The translations under genes were made by a program, and so were the position numbers. Below are positions 45,001 through 55,199 of a stretch of DNA of 64,000 nucleotides, one piece after another. The stretch's first letter is position 1. Each line of letters opens with the position of its first letter. The DNA is from Terriglobia bacterium (lineage in GTDB: Bacteria; Acidobacteriota; Terriglobia; Bryobacterales; Bryobacteraceae), in NCBI GenBank assembly GCA_963714205.1, contig CAVQNQ010000002.1, positions 168,478-232,477 of the forward strand, in the 5' to 3' direction. The notes beneath the pieces were generated by a model that worked only from the letters and a program-made list of their open reading frames with translations, had not been told where the DNA came from and did not search any database.

Positions 45001-45458
45001 ATGCGGGCAAAAGAGCGCAACGGGCCGGGTACGAGAACGGTTGGGGGAGCGGCGGCCTCGGGCCCGGCGATCTGCAAGGTTTCACCGGTGGCCGCGCTAT
45101 AAGCTTCGAGATCGCGGGAGACGCCATCGCTGTCCCCGGCCAGCAGGTCCAGCCGCAACAAGCGGCGGGCCAGAATACCGGCGCGGGCGTTGTCGCCCGA
45201 CTTGCGGACTAGCGCCAGCAGCCTGCTATAGGCTTCTCGAGCACCGGAATCGCCATATCGATCGAGAAACTCCGCATAGACGGTGAGAGCCGAAATGCTG
45301 TCGGGATTATTTCGGACGGTTTGGGCTAGGGCGGCGCGGGTATCGGGTGCTTCGGAAGGCGCTTCCAATTTCGGGATTTCCGGGGAAGTCTGTTGCGCCT
45401 CCAGGGCCGGAAGCGCAAGCTGAAGCGCCAAAGCCACGATAACCCAGGATATCTTCAC
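42057..45458 (-). CDS. large secreted protein of unknown function (1133 aa)
   Basis: GTG start with a GGGAGGG RBS; signal peptide; no motif I can recognise; sits immediately upstream of the VWA gene with a 2-nt gap. Confidence 0.6.
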   Translation of the reverse strand: MKISWVIVALALQLALPALEAQQTSPEIPKLEAPSEAPDTRAALAQTVRNNPDSISALTVYAEFLDRYGDSGAREAYSRLLALVRKSGDNARAGILARRLLRLDLLAGDSDGVSRDLEAYSAATGETLQIAGPEAAAPPTVLVPGPLRSFARMAAIDSEGRPDDVLVSLARNIVMRGYQATGSREGLEPTEYLKLIQRYLSQAQELEKLSGFDKIIRVDNCEAPNVADLLRILGFRMRGGCGSEVVLETVNAPRAFLTTDSGFPVNDLEVALRTNRPFTYDFHPTAIPVMFSADYWFSGSKDKGKETSDFIESFIGDPSICRLYLGFSKLDRETAESLRKGVAYARLKAYAHVLDFFGGMFEIRSGHAVVPGGQHSAPAWAELAGASPENGPAFFERLISRDDGWLASLFDTVARLNGPVRDYLIEPARLKRFYSAVRGRITSPGPARPVFSANTDMMLLTTRLRLDPNGKPHIPGSIEVWKTLFLNHPASKYDVRLSRVVKDWKEPDDVIEGLFALCRKMVENEPVKVFMALSDVDRNRAVPLPEETVDRLARGYRTYGRQYAIFSETRSLSDRSIQQFLDTADALGRLHDPLFRADAAGTFQALIGLWQIFVRQNTVAESKADELFLKIAASFAGVRNDHELFDAGRDGLKLLIGDVPANRTEERVVGLLAGAESQDTEAHEEAAREIGRILEAQHMVSLDTLFELADHIESLPRGGKLNTALVNRVAARINEIPPPRASLSAVEKNASSFGYTPEKHVDMERRLNIRAALEKAGGNPERLKEERGELAPFLRDTLVALDYAYYAPPGAQILYTNPLFVRSHDFIGTDNPARMWAGTEIYASGWPSNGGGRLIGSLVSLPYALAEAEQNFLVPAHTQALIWTDLVPQIIVSATAPRWWTVAPAQVHWVGLHLRYARELLAESAFDTTLRAQVLTALGQYAPPGRTDRLGQWIAQGDVRSAADGVTPAELFAVAREFASRPGPAALSTSSIAAELRQLSQASPESINYAAISRAFGTPKPTLANSYQPELLNLRTFPALMGYSSRIMAESWESNTIYWAALADELGLPPSQLSLRIPEWTQKMVERIFASHLEDWPAVLKSLLMVGDDVRSRSRASALAEQKAQVQEYPIGR

Positions 45459-45618
45459 GGTGCCCTCCCGATATTCTAGAGATCAACTCTAGCATTTTCA
45501 CCGGAAAACCGCCGCTTTAATCCAAACAAACCATCCAGTGAAAGCAGATAGATGTAAAAACAAGCACCGAGGATGCAACATTCCATAAATGGAAGGTGCG
45601 ATGCCTCCGCGGCTCCCG

Positions 45619-46371
45619 CTATGGTGCCGGCACTTGGAACTGCACATGGCGCTCCCGGTTTAATTGCAAGCTAAGGGCGCGGTCCACAGTGTCGAGTGGT
45701 GCTTGTTTTTCCTCGTGCTGAAGCGTGACATAGTGCAATGTCCGGCTATCCACCCAATAAGCCGAAGCCGCGCGGATCACATGGTCGTTGAAGGCAATCA
45801 GGTAAATCGGCGAACTAGCGGCGCCGGAGCCTTCCGAACCGGTGTAACCCGAAAATGGCGCTATCTCCTGCCCATATTGATCATATTGCCGCATCACGGG
45901 ATTGGCGCGCTGGGCCGACGCCGTAGTGGCGTAACCCGGATTGGATGGCGGGTTGACTACTACGACATTGGGCGAGGTTTGATAGCTGCCCCCATCCGGA
46001 TATGCCGCATAACCCCCATAATACCCATAAGGATAATCATAGGGATCGTAGCCGTAGTCCCAGCCGTAAAGCGGGTAGCCATACCCCCACCAGGGCAAAC
46101 CCCAGCCCCAACCTGAACCGTAATAGCCCAAGCCGTAGCCGTACCGGCCGTATCCTCCATAGCCAAATCCCCGGTTGACGATGCCGCCGCCAAAGCCGCC
46201 GCCGCGAATTCCCCCACCGCCAAAACCACCACCGCGAATTCCGCCGCCGCCAAAACCGCCCCCACGCGCTCCGCCTCCGCCGCCATGACCTCCGCCGCCT
46301 CTTTGTGCCATGGCTCCTCCAGCGGCCAGAACGCAGCAAAGTGAAATTTGAATCAGGACCTTCATACGCAT
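45619..46371 (-). CDS. secreted Gly/Tyr-rich low-complexity protein with a C-terminal globular domain
   Basis: Signal peptide, then (GGGFGGGGIR)x3 followed by GY/YG/W-rich stretches over about 110 aa, then about 110 aa of normal composition. Confidence 0.6.
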   Translation of the reverse strand: MRMKVLIQISLCCVLAAGGAMAQRGGGGHGGGGGARGGGFGGGGIRGGGFGGGGIRGGGFGGGIVNRGFGYGGYGRYGYGLGYYGSGWGWGLPWWGYGYPLYGWDYGYDPYDYPYGYYGGYAAYPDGGSYQTSPNVVVVNPPSNPGYATTASAQRANPVMRQYDQYGQEIAPFSGYTGSEGSGAASSPIYLIAFNDHVIRAASAYWVDSRTLHYVTLQHEEKQAPLDTVDRALSLQLNRERHVQFQVPAP

Positions 46372-46426
46372 GTCTCCCTAATTCGGAGCTTACTCCCGGC
46401 GCAGCCCGGCGGCAAGGCGCATAAGA

Positions 46427-46915
46427 TTGCGCTACGATCATACGGGGCTCAGGATTGTGGCATTTAAACTATTCTCCACCTCGTTCGCCGATGCCGCGTG
46501 GATTCCCGCGCTTCACTCGTGCGAGGGCGCGAACCTGGCGCCGGCGCTGGAATGGTCCGGCGAGCCACCTGAAACGCGCAGTTTCGCTCTGATCGTGGAA
46601 GATCCCGACGCACCCGCCGGCATTTGGTGTCATTGGCTTCTGTACGACATCGGACCCAAGGTCCACAACCTGGCGCAGGGCTTCCGCGCCGGCGGCCTGG
46701 GGTTGAGCGGCGCCAACGATTTCGGCAAACAGGGGTACGGCGGACCTTGCCCGCCCAAAGGACACGGGCCGCATCGCTACTTCTTCAAGCTGTACGCGCT
46801 GGACGTGCACACGTTGGGGCTGCCCGCGGGCGTGAAGCGGCCTGAAGTGTTGCGGGCCGTCAAAGGGCACACGCTGGCCGAGGCGCAGTACATGGGGCGT
46901 TTCGAGCGGAAGTAA
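46427..46915 (+). CDS. YbhB/YbcL (PEBP / Raf-kinase-inhibitor-like) family protein
   Basis: CHWLLYDI...GPCPPKGHGPHRYFFKLYALD PEBP signature. The true start may lie at an internal GTG. Confidence 0.85.
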   Translation: MRYDHTGLRIVAFKLFSTSFADAAWIPALHSCEGANLAPALEWSGEPPETRSFALIVEDPDAPAGIWCHWLLYDIGPKVHNLAQGFRAGGLGLSGANDFGKQGYGGPCPPKGHGPHRYFFKLYALDVHTLGLPAGVKRPEVLRAVKGHTLAEAQYMGRFERK

Positions 46916-47664
46916 TGCCGCCGCCGGCCATCCTGGTGCGCGCGCTGCGGAAGAGCTATGGCGCCAAGGCCGCCGTAGATGGCCTGGATCTGGAGGTGCC
47001 GCGCGGCTCTTTCTTCGGGTTCCTGGGACCCAACGGCGCGGGGAAGTCCACCACGATCCGGATTCTCACGGGGCTGATTCCGGCCGACAGCGGATCGGTC
47101 GAAATCCTCGGCTTCCGGCTGCCGCAAGAGGAACTCGAGATCAAGAGACGCATTGGCCTGGTGCCGGATGAATCGCTGCTCTTCGACCGCCTCACGGGTT
47201 TGGAGTTCCTGGAGTTCGTCGGCCGCATGTACGGACTCGAGCGGCCCGCGGCCATCGAGCGGGGGCGCGGCCTCATGGACCTTTTTGAGCTGCCGGCGGA
47301 CCGCAAAATCATCGCCGAGTATTCCAAGGGCATGCGCAAGCGCGTGGCCATGGCGGCGTCGCTGATCCATCATCCCGAGCTCTTCCTGATGGACGAGCCG
47401 TTCGAGGGCGTGGACGCCGTGGGCGCGCGGCTCATGAAAGACATCCTGGTGGACCAGGTGCACCGGGGCGCCACCGTCTTCCTGACCAGCCATGTGCTGG
47501 AAGTGGTGGAGCGGCTGTGCGACCGCGTGGCTATCATTCACGCCGGCCAGATCGTGACCTCGGGCACCATGGAGGATCTGCGGGCGGACGGCCAATCGCT
47601 GGAAGACGCCTTCGTGCGCCTGGTGGGAGCCGAACGGCCGGCGGAGCGGCTGAGCTGGCTATGA
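46915..47664 (+). CDS. ABC transporter ATP-binding protein
   Basis: [10 protein letters not shown] Walker A, LSGGM-like signature (YSKGMRKRV), Walker B DEPFEGVD; overlaps the upstream stop (TAATG). Confidence 0.9.
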   Translation: MPPPAILVRALRKSYGAKAAVDGLDLEVPRGSFFGFLGPNGAGKSTTIRILTGLIPADSGSVEILGFRLPQEELEIKRRIGLVPDESLLFDRLTGLEFLEFVGRMYGLERPAAIERGRGLMDLFELPADRKIIAEYSKGMRKRVAMAASLIHHPELFLMDEPFEGVDAVGARLMKDILVDQVHRGATVFLTSHVLEVVERLCDRVAIIHAGQIVTSGTMEDLRADGQSLEDAFVRLVGAERPAERLSWL

Positions 47665-49271
47665 TCGCCGCCATTCTGCGGGCCCAGGCAATTTCGATGC
47701 GGATGGGCAAGCGCCGGGGCGCGGCGCTCTCCGCGCTGGTAGCCGTGCTGTGGTACGGCATGTGGGCCGGGGTGGCCTGCGCGGTTTTTGCGTTGGCCTA
47801 CGCGGCCCGGTTGGCGGCGCTGCGGGTGTACGCGCCCCTCGGGTTCCTGGGCGTTTTCGTGTACTGGCAGATCGCGCCCGTCCTGACCGCCAACCTGGGA
47901 TCCGCGCTGGACACCCGCAAGTTGCTAGCCTACCCCATCGCCCATGGGAAGCTCTTTCTGGTGGATCTTCTGCTGCGGCTCACGGGGGCCGGGGAGATGG
48001 TCATGGTGCTGGGCGCAGGTATGCTGGGGATCCTGGCGAACCCGGCGTCCGGCAATGGGCGCGACTGGCCGCGGGCGGCCATCGCGGCGCTGCTATTCCT
48101 GTGCTTCAACCTGCTGCTGGCCTCCGGCATGCGGAGCCTGCTCGAGCGGCTGCTCTCGCGCCGCGGGGTGCGGGAACTGGTGGTGCTCGGGATATTGATG
48201 CTTTGGGTGGCGCCGCGCCTGGTGATGGTCTCCGGGTACCATCCAGCCTGGCTAGGCAGCGGAGCGGCTGTCTTGGGCGCGGCGATTTGGCCGTGGGGCG
48301 CGGCGGCGCGCGCGAGTTTGCCGGGAGGGCCGGCGGGTCTGGCGCTCTTGACGCTGGGCTGCTGGATGGCAGTGGCGGGCTGGTTCGGCCGTGCGCAGTT
48401 CGAGCGCGGGCTGCGCTTCGACGCGGAGGCCGCACAAGCCCGTCCGCTCGAAGGCGGCGCGCGGCGCGAAGGGTTTCTCGAACGCTTCTACCGCTTACCC
48501 GGATGGATCTGGCGCGATCCCCTGGCGGGCATGGTGGAAAAGGAGCTGCGCACGCTGGCACGCACCCCGCGCTTCCGCACGGTCTTCATCATGGGGTTCA
48601 CGTTTGGCTTGCTGGTATGGCTGCCGATGGCGATGCGGCCCCATCACGTCGGGCAGGGCGCCATCGAACGGAATTTCCTGACCATCGTTTCGCTCTACGC
48701 CTTGACGCTGCTGGGCCAGGTCTCCTACTGGAACTGTTTCGGGCTGGACCGTTCGGCGGCGCGCATCTATTTCGTCATTCCGCATCCCGTCGGGACCGCG
48801 CTGGTAGCCAAGAATATCGCCAGCCTGGTATTTATCTACGCGGAGGTGCTGCTGCTGACCGCCATTGTCGCGGCGCTGCGCCTGCTGGCGGGCTGGGGCC
48901 AGGTGCTCGAGACGCTGGTGGTGGTGGGAATCTGCGCCTCGTATGTGATGGCGCTGGGCAATGTCAGTTCGGTATACTACCCACGGCCCTTGAAGCCGGA
49001 ACGGGTCTCCGGAGGCGGAGCTTCGAGCCGTTTCCAGGCCCTGATTTTCCTGCTGTATCCCGTGGCGCTGCTGCCGGTGGCGCTGGCCTACCTGGCGCGC
49101 TACGCCCTGGCCAGCCAGGCGGCCTTCGCGGCCGTGCTGGCGATGGCGGCCGCCATCGGCGCGGCGCTCTACTGGGTGGCCATGGATTCGGCCGTCGAGG
49201 CCGCCGGCAGGCGCCGGGAGACGCTGATCGAAGAGCTTGCCAGGGGCGATGGGCCTGTGGATTCGGAGTGA
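47661..49271 (+). CDS. polytopic membrane protein, putative permease partner of the ABC ATPase
   Basis: ATG overlaps the ABC stop (ATGA). Many TM helices, 536 aa. Start reset from the longer ORF that begins at 47517. Confidence 0.55.
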   Translation: MIAAILRAQAISMRMGKRRGAALSALVAVLWYGMWAGVACAVFALAYAARLAALRVYAPLGFLGVFVYWQIAPVLTANLGSALDTRKLLAYPIAHGKLFLVDLLLRLTGAGEMVMVLGAGMLGILANPASGNGRDWPRAAIAALLFLCFNLLLASGMRSLLERLLSRRGVRELVVLGILMLWVAPRLVMVSGYHPAWLGSGAAVLGAAIWPWGAAARASLPGGPAGLALLTLGCWMAVAGWFGRAQFERGLRFDAEAAQARPLEGGARREGFLERFYRLPGWIWRDPLAGMVEKELRTLARTPRFRTVFIMGFTFGLLVWLPMAMRPHHVGQGAIERNFLTIVSLYALTLLGQVSYWNCFGLDRSAARIYFVIPHPVGTALVAKNIASLVFIYAEVLLLTAIVAALRLLAGWGQVLETLVVVGICASYVMALGNVSSVYYPRPLKPERVSGGGASSRFQALIFLLYPVALLPVALAYLARYALASQAAFAAVLAMAAAIGAALYWVAMDSAVEAAGRRRETLIEELARGDGPVDSE

Positions 49272-49309
49272 GACCGCGGTGGATGGCGGCCTATAGAATG
49301 GAAACTACG

Positions 49310-50289
<980 letters not shown>

Positions 50290-50293
<4 letters not shown>

Positions 50294-50478
50294 GAGCCGT
50301 GAAGCGGCCGTTCTGGCAATCCCTGATCGCCGTGGTGGCGGGGAATGCCATCTACTTCAGCGTGGAGCGCTTCCTCCCGCCGCGTGCGCAACACCAGCTC
50401 TACCAGCTGGATTGGGGCTTGGCCGTGGATTTCTGGGTCTGCCTGGTTTGCTGGGGGCTCGTGCGGATGATTCGCTAA
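50290..50478 (+). CDS. small hydrophobic protein (62 aa), possibly translationally coupled
   Basis: GTG overlapping the AKR stop (GTGA); two hydrophobic segments; weak support. Confidence 0.25.
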
Positions 50479-50501
50479 GCGAAGTCGTGGCATAATGCGG
50501 C

Positions 50502-51998
50502 TTGCTGGATCCAGTTGAAGAATTGCAAACGCCCCGCCGAGGGTGGTACCTGGGGTTTTGGGGCGCGCTCTCGGTATACGCGGCGGCATTCCTGATTTAT
50601 TCGCAAGCCTGGGCGTTTGCCTGGGATGAAACTTTTCATCTGCTGGCAGCCCAATTAATCCTAGCCGGCAAGAAACCATACATCGATTTCTGCTTCCCGC
50701 AGTCGCCTTTGAACGCTTACTGGAATGCATGGTGGATGAGCGTGTGGGGTCAAAGTTGGCACGTTGCGCATGCGTTCTCGGCGCTGCTCACGATCGGCGC
50801 GGTTCTGCTCACGGCCGATTATTTTGCCCGCCGCTTCCCCGTCCCGAGCTGGCGCCTGGCTGGCGGCGTAGCAGTTGGCCTGGCGGCTGGCCTGAATGCC
50901 CGGGTCTTCGTTTTCGGACCTCTGGCACAGGCCTACGGCATGTGTCTGTTCACGCTGGCCCTGGCTTTCCGGATTTCCGTGCGCGCCGTGGGTCGAAGTG
51001 GATGGCTGCTGCCGGGGCTGGCCGGCCTGGTCGCCGGAGCCGCGGCCGGTTCCTCGCTTCTGTCCGCCGCCGCTGTCCCGGTGCTGCTCGCCTGGATGTA
51101 CATTTACAATCGCGCGGGCAACCGATGGCTCAAGTCCGCCGCTTTCACGATTGGCACGGCGATTGCGTTCGTGCCGGTGTTCCGGTTGTTTTCGCTGGGG
51201 CCGCGACAGACCTGGTTCAACCTGGTTCAATACCACGTCTTTTTTCGCGAACTGTATTGGCCTGAGACGACGCGCCACGACCTGGAAGTCCTGGCGTCCT
51301 GGATCGATTCCGGCCAGGCGCTGCTGCTCGGACTGCTCGCCTTATTCGGCCTGTTGTACGTGGCGCGCAGAAGCGGGTGGGCGCCCGCGTTGAAAGCGGA
51401 GTTCTACCTGTGCGCGTGGCTGGCCCTCGCTCTTTCCGCCGAGGCTGGCCGCGCGCATCCAACCTTCCCCCAGTACTTTCTCTTCATCGTGCCGTTTGTG
51501 GCGATTCTAGCCGGCGTGGGACTGTATGCGATCAGCTCGCGCGTGCTCGAGCCAGACCGCCCGTTATGGCCGGTGTTGTTGGTCACCGCGCTGTTCGCAT
51601 TGGGACTCGGCGAGACTCTCTACAATCGCCGGGACGACATCTGGTGGGGCAGGTACAAAGTCCTGGCGGCCAAAATCGACCAGGTAACGCCGCCAAACGC
51701 GAGGCTCTATGCCGATGAGCCGATCTATTTCCTGACCAGGCGCCTGCCGCCACCGGGATTCGAATTGTCCTATTCCCACAAAGTCAACCTGCCTCCCGCG
51801 GAACGCGCGCGGCTGCACATCATCACCGAAGCCGAGGTTAAACAACAGGTGCAATCGGGATCGTTCGCCACAGCTTTCAGTTGCGACGACGATGAGATCG
51901 ACGACCTCGGTCTGAAGTCTCTCTACAACCAGCGAGCCGACATCGGGGACTGCGCCATTTTCTGGGATCTGAAAGCCGTCGGCCGGCCGCATCCATAG
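50502..51998 (+). CDS. GT-C-type membrane glycosyltransferase-like protein (GT39 / ArnT-like)
   Basis: At least ten TM helices; an early WDETFH loop consistent with the GT-C D/E motif; C-terminal soluble domain. Confidence 0.55.
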   Translation: MLDPVEELQTPRRGWYLGFWGALSVYAAAFLIYSQAWAFAWDETFHLLAAQLILAGKKPYIDFCFPQSPLNAYWNAWWMSVWGQSWHVAHAFSALLTIGAVLLTADYFARRFPVPSWRLAGGVAVGLAAGLNARVFVFGPLAQAYGMCLFTLALAFRISVRAVGRSGWLLPGLAGLVAGAAAGSSLLSAAAVPVLLAWMYIYNRAGNRWLKSAAFTIGTAIAFVPVFRLFSLGPRQTWFNLVQYHVFFRELYWPETTRHDLEVLASWIDSGQALLLGLLALFGLLYVARRSGWAPALKAEFYLCAWLALALSAEAGRAHPTFPQYFLFIVPFVAILAGVGLYAISSRVLEPDRPLWPVLLVTALFALGLGETLYNRRDDIWWGRYKVLAAKIDQVTPPNARLYADEPIYFLTRRLPPPGFELSYSHKVNLPPAERARLHIITEAEVKQQVQSGSFATAFSCDDDEIDDLGLKSLYNQRADIGDCAIFWDLKAVGRPHP

Positions 51999-52072
51999 CG
52001 CGGGCGGCTGAGGTCATGGCCCGCGGGCCCCCCGACGGTGAACGTGAAATTCCGGGTTTGGCCGGCGGCCTG

Positions 52073-52943
52073 TTACACCGGGGATGCCGAAGCGGTGCGC
52101 CCTTGCGCCCCTTTGCCCAGGAAATCGACCAGCGCCTCGTTAACTTCGTCCGCATGGGTCCAGATGGTCGGCATGCGGCCCATCTTTGACCACCACCAGG
52201 CGAGCGCCCTGAACCAACTGGGCGGTCCGGCGGCCACCGGCGTCAATGGGCACAATCCGGTCCGCATCGCCGTGAATGACCAGGGTAGGAACGTCGATCC
52301 GGGCGAGATCCGCGCGAAAATCCTCACCCCACGCCGGCACGCAGGCCAGACTGGCCGTGGCGGACGACTGGGCCGCGACATTCCAACTGGCCTGGACGGC
52401 CTGGGGGCTGACGCGCTTGCCCAGAAATACATCCGTATTGTAGAAATTGTCGAAGAACCCGGTAAAGAATGCGTAACGGTCCGCGGAGACGGCCTTTTCG
52501 ATACCCTCAAACACAGAGCCATCCACGCCTTCGGGGTTCTCCGGCGTTTTCAGCAGGAAGGGCGGCACACCATCGATAATCACGGCGCTGGTGACCCCTT
52601 TCGAGCCATATTTCCCTATGTAGCGCGCTATTTCGCCGCCCCCCATGGAGAAGCCCACCAGCGCGAAATTGCGGAGTCTGAGCTGGGTCACGAGCTTGTG
52701 CAGGTCTTCGGCGAAAGTATCGTAGTGGTAGCCGGTGGTGGGCTGGCTGGATTTGCCGAATCCTCTGCGGTCGTAGGTGATGACCCGCAAACCCGCGTTT
52801 AGAAGCGCGGCGGTCTGCTTTTCCCAGGAGGCGCCGTTCAACGGGTATCCGTGAATCAGGACAACGGGGTCGCCCGAACCATGATCCTCATAATAAAGAT
52901 CGATGGCTCCGGAGTTTTCTTTTCCTACGTTGACGAATGGCAT
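52073..52943 (-). CDS. non-haem haloperoxidase / arylesterase-type alpha/beta hydrolase with a C-terminal frameshift
   Basis: IDLYYEDHGSGDPVVLIHGYPL...GFSMGG...HGDADRIVP. The conserved C-terminus (PTIWTHADEVNEALVDFL) is in the +1 frame, and the main frame stops at 52140. Confidence 0.75.
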
Positions 52944-53117
52944 TGCGATGCTCCTTGCGCAACTCTCCAGAGTCGCTCCCGCATCCGGAGCAAGGCAAAG
53001 ACCGGGTTGGGGCAATCCGCGCGAAAACAAACGGGACGGCTTACCGAAAGGTGAGGAACCGTGCCGCCGAAGCGGGAGCTCCGGCGGCCGCTATTTCAAT
53101 TGCCTAATGGGGCGGAC

Positions 53118-53948
53118 TTATTGGATTTTATCGGCCAGCGCCTTCGACAACGCCACTCCGTCGTAGCCGTCCTGGGTGATCGTGTAACCGCCGATGTACC
53201 TGCCCTTGCGGAAGAAACAGAGCTTGCCGAGGTACTTATCGTTGGCTTGGAAGGCTTCGTCGGCAATGGTCGCCGGAGTGTTTTCACCGAAGCGGGTTTT
53301 CAGTTTCTGGATCACGGCGGCGGCCGATTCGGGCGAAGCCTCAAGCACCACGAAGGCCTTGCCGTAATCGTACTGAGCCACGTAGCCGCGCTTCAGCAGG
53401 CGGATCCCCAGCGCGCTCTCCGGAACCAGCCGCAGCCCCGTGCGCTTCTCCGCCGGAAACCACGACATCGCGGGAGGAACGGTGGTGCTGCCGGAAACGG
53501 TCTTATCGAGAGCCGTGATCCACTCCGTCAGGGCGGCGGTATGGTCGCCTTCCGGATTGGCCCCGATCTCCACATAGTATTGGCCCTTGGCGAAGGTGGC
53601 ACGCCGCGGCTGGATCTGACCACCCATACCGACCGGGTTAGCGGGCTGCCGCGAATCGAAGTTCGCGGTGAAGATGCCGTAGGCGGAATCGGCGTCGCCC
53701 ATGTCGGAGACGTCCACTACGAAGGTAACTTCGCCCTTCTTGCAGGTGACTCCTTGCATCTTCTGAAAGCCGTAGATGAGATAGCCTTCCGCGTTCCCGT
53801 CCATATACTCGAACAGGTTGTCGGAAACATAGGAGCGGGCCGGCCCGGATTGCGTCCAGCCCGGCACGAGAGTGCACGTAGGAGCGGGAAGGCTCTGCGC
53901 GGCGAGCACGCCGGCCACCAGAGCTGCTCCGAAGACGAGTTTTAGCAT
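53118..53948 (-). CDS. secreted hypothetical protein
   Basis: Signal peptide (MLKLVFGAALVAGVLAA); 7-nt overlap with the upstream gene. Confidence 0.5.
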   Translation of the reverse strand: MLKLVFGAALVAGVLAAQSLPAPTCTLVPGWTQSGPARSYVSDNLFEYMDGNAEGYLIYGFQKMQGVTCKKGEVTFVVDVSDMGDADSAYGIFTANFDSRQPANPVGMGGQIQPRRATFAKGQYYVEIGANPEGDHTAALTEWITALDKTVSGSTTVPPAMSWFPAEKRTGLRLVPESALGIRLLKRGYVAQYDYGKAFVVLEASPESAAAVIQKLKTRFGENTPATIADEAFQANDKYLGKLCFFRKGRYIGGYTITQDGYDGVALSKALADKIQ

Positions 53949-55105
53949 GCGAATAGTTCCTGTGCCCGAATCAGGCATTCTACTACTTTAACTCCATGCG
54001 GGCACTGAACGGTGCAGCTCGGGCAATCGCCGCATTTTACGCTGGTATGCTCGGGGGCCAGTTCCAGGAAACGCTCGCGGCCCAGCGCGAACTGCCCGTA
54101 ACCATCGGCATAGGTCAGGATGCGCAGCATATCGGCTACGGGAAGGCCCTGCCGGCAAGCGCCGTCGCACTGGCCGCACGTGCGGCAGTAGAGCGGCCGG
54201 ATGAGCTCCAGGCGCTCGGCCAGCAGTTTCTCTTCGGCGGCGCCGTAGGGATGCCCCATGGCCGTGAGGTTCTCCGCGAGTTGGTCGTTATCGGTAATGC
54301 TGGGGATGGTGGTATTGACCACCTTAGGGTTGCGCATGGCCCACTTGAGAGCCGCCAGCAACCCGCCATCCTGCTTGAGCTTCGCGTAGGCGGGATCGCC
54401 CGGCTTGATGGTGCGGAATCCGCCCGCCATCACCTTCATGGCTACCACGCCCTTGCCCGCCGCGGCGGCCTGCTCGAGGGCCGTGGTGACAGCGGGTTCC
54501 AGGGTGAAGTTATAGGCGCTCAGGACCACATCGATATTGGGATTCTTCGCCAGCCACGGCACCAGCGTGGGCTGCCCGGCGTGGGTGCTGACGCCGGCGA
54601 ACCGGATCTTGCCGGCCTTTTTGGCGATCTGCTGAGCCTCGATCAGGTCGTCGGTAACCTCTTCCGGCTTAGTCTTGGCGTGGAGGTACCAGATGTCCAG
54701 GTGATCGGTGCCGAGTTCCTTCAGGCTGGTATCCAGGTCATTGAGCGCCTCCTTCCCGGTGGCGGAATGCGATTTGCTCGACAGCGTGATGCTGTTGCGC
54801 TTCCCCTTGAGGGCGGCGCCGACCATGCGCTCGTTGTTGCCCCCGGAGTAGCCGCGGGCCGTGTCGAAATAGGTGATGCCCATATCGGCCGCGCGCTCGA
54901 CCACGCTGCCATCCGAGGTGACCATGCAGCCCATGCCCACGGCGGTGACTTTGAGGCCGGTCTTGCCCAGGATGCGGTATTCGAACTGGACATCCGAAGA
55001 GCGCCGGGCGCGAGTTTGGGGTTCCGGATCGGCGGAGCGGGAAGCGGATGCGAGCGCGGGCAATCCGATCCCGGCCACCAGAAAGTTGCGGCGAGAAGAA
55101 CTCAT
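53942..55105 (-). CDS. TAT-exported aldo/keto reductase fused to a C-terminal Cys-rich (Fe-S-like) domain
   Basis: SRRNFLVAG TAT motif; AKR core; C-terminal CRTCGQCDGAC...C...KCGDCPSCTVQCPHG Cys clusters; GGAGG RBS. Confidence 0.8.
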   Translation of the reverse strand: MSSSRRNFLVAGIGLPALASASRSADPEPQTRARRSSDVQFEYRILGKTGLKVTAVGMGCMVTSDGSVVERAADMGITYFDTARGYSGGNNERMVGAALKGKRNSITLSSKSHSATGKEALNDLDTSLKELGTDHLDIWYLHAKTKPEEVTDDLIEAQQIAKKAGKIRFAGVSTHAGQPTLVPWLAKNPNIDVVLSAYNFTLEPAVTTALEQAAAAGKGVVAMKVMAGGFRTIKPGDPAYAKLKQDGGLLAALKWAMRNPKVVNTTIPSITDNDQLAENLTAMGHPYGAAEEKLLAERLELIRPLYCRTCGQCDGACRQGLPVADMLRILTYADGYGQFALGRERFLELAPEHTSVKCGDCPSCTVQCPHGVKVVECLIRAQELFAC

Positions 55106-55199
55106 AGTGCCTCCAGGAATACACCATTTCAGGTGTTAGAACCTTATTATACCTAATCGGTCCGCTTTAGCAAGCCCGTTCCGCGCGGCCGCGAAAAAC

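Noticed and set aside
45960-46441. Alternative ORFs across the Gly-rich gene region (45960-46286 minus, 46037-46441 minus, 45664-46116 plus)
   Set aside because: These are other-frame readings of the same repeat DNA. Only the 45619-46371 frame has a signal peptide, an ATG start and a non-repetitive C-terminal domain.
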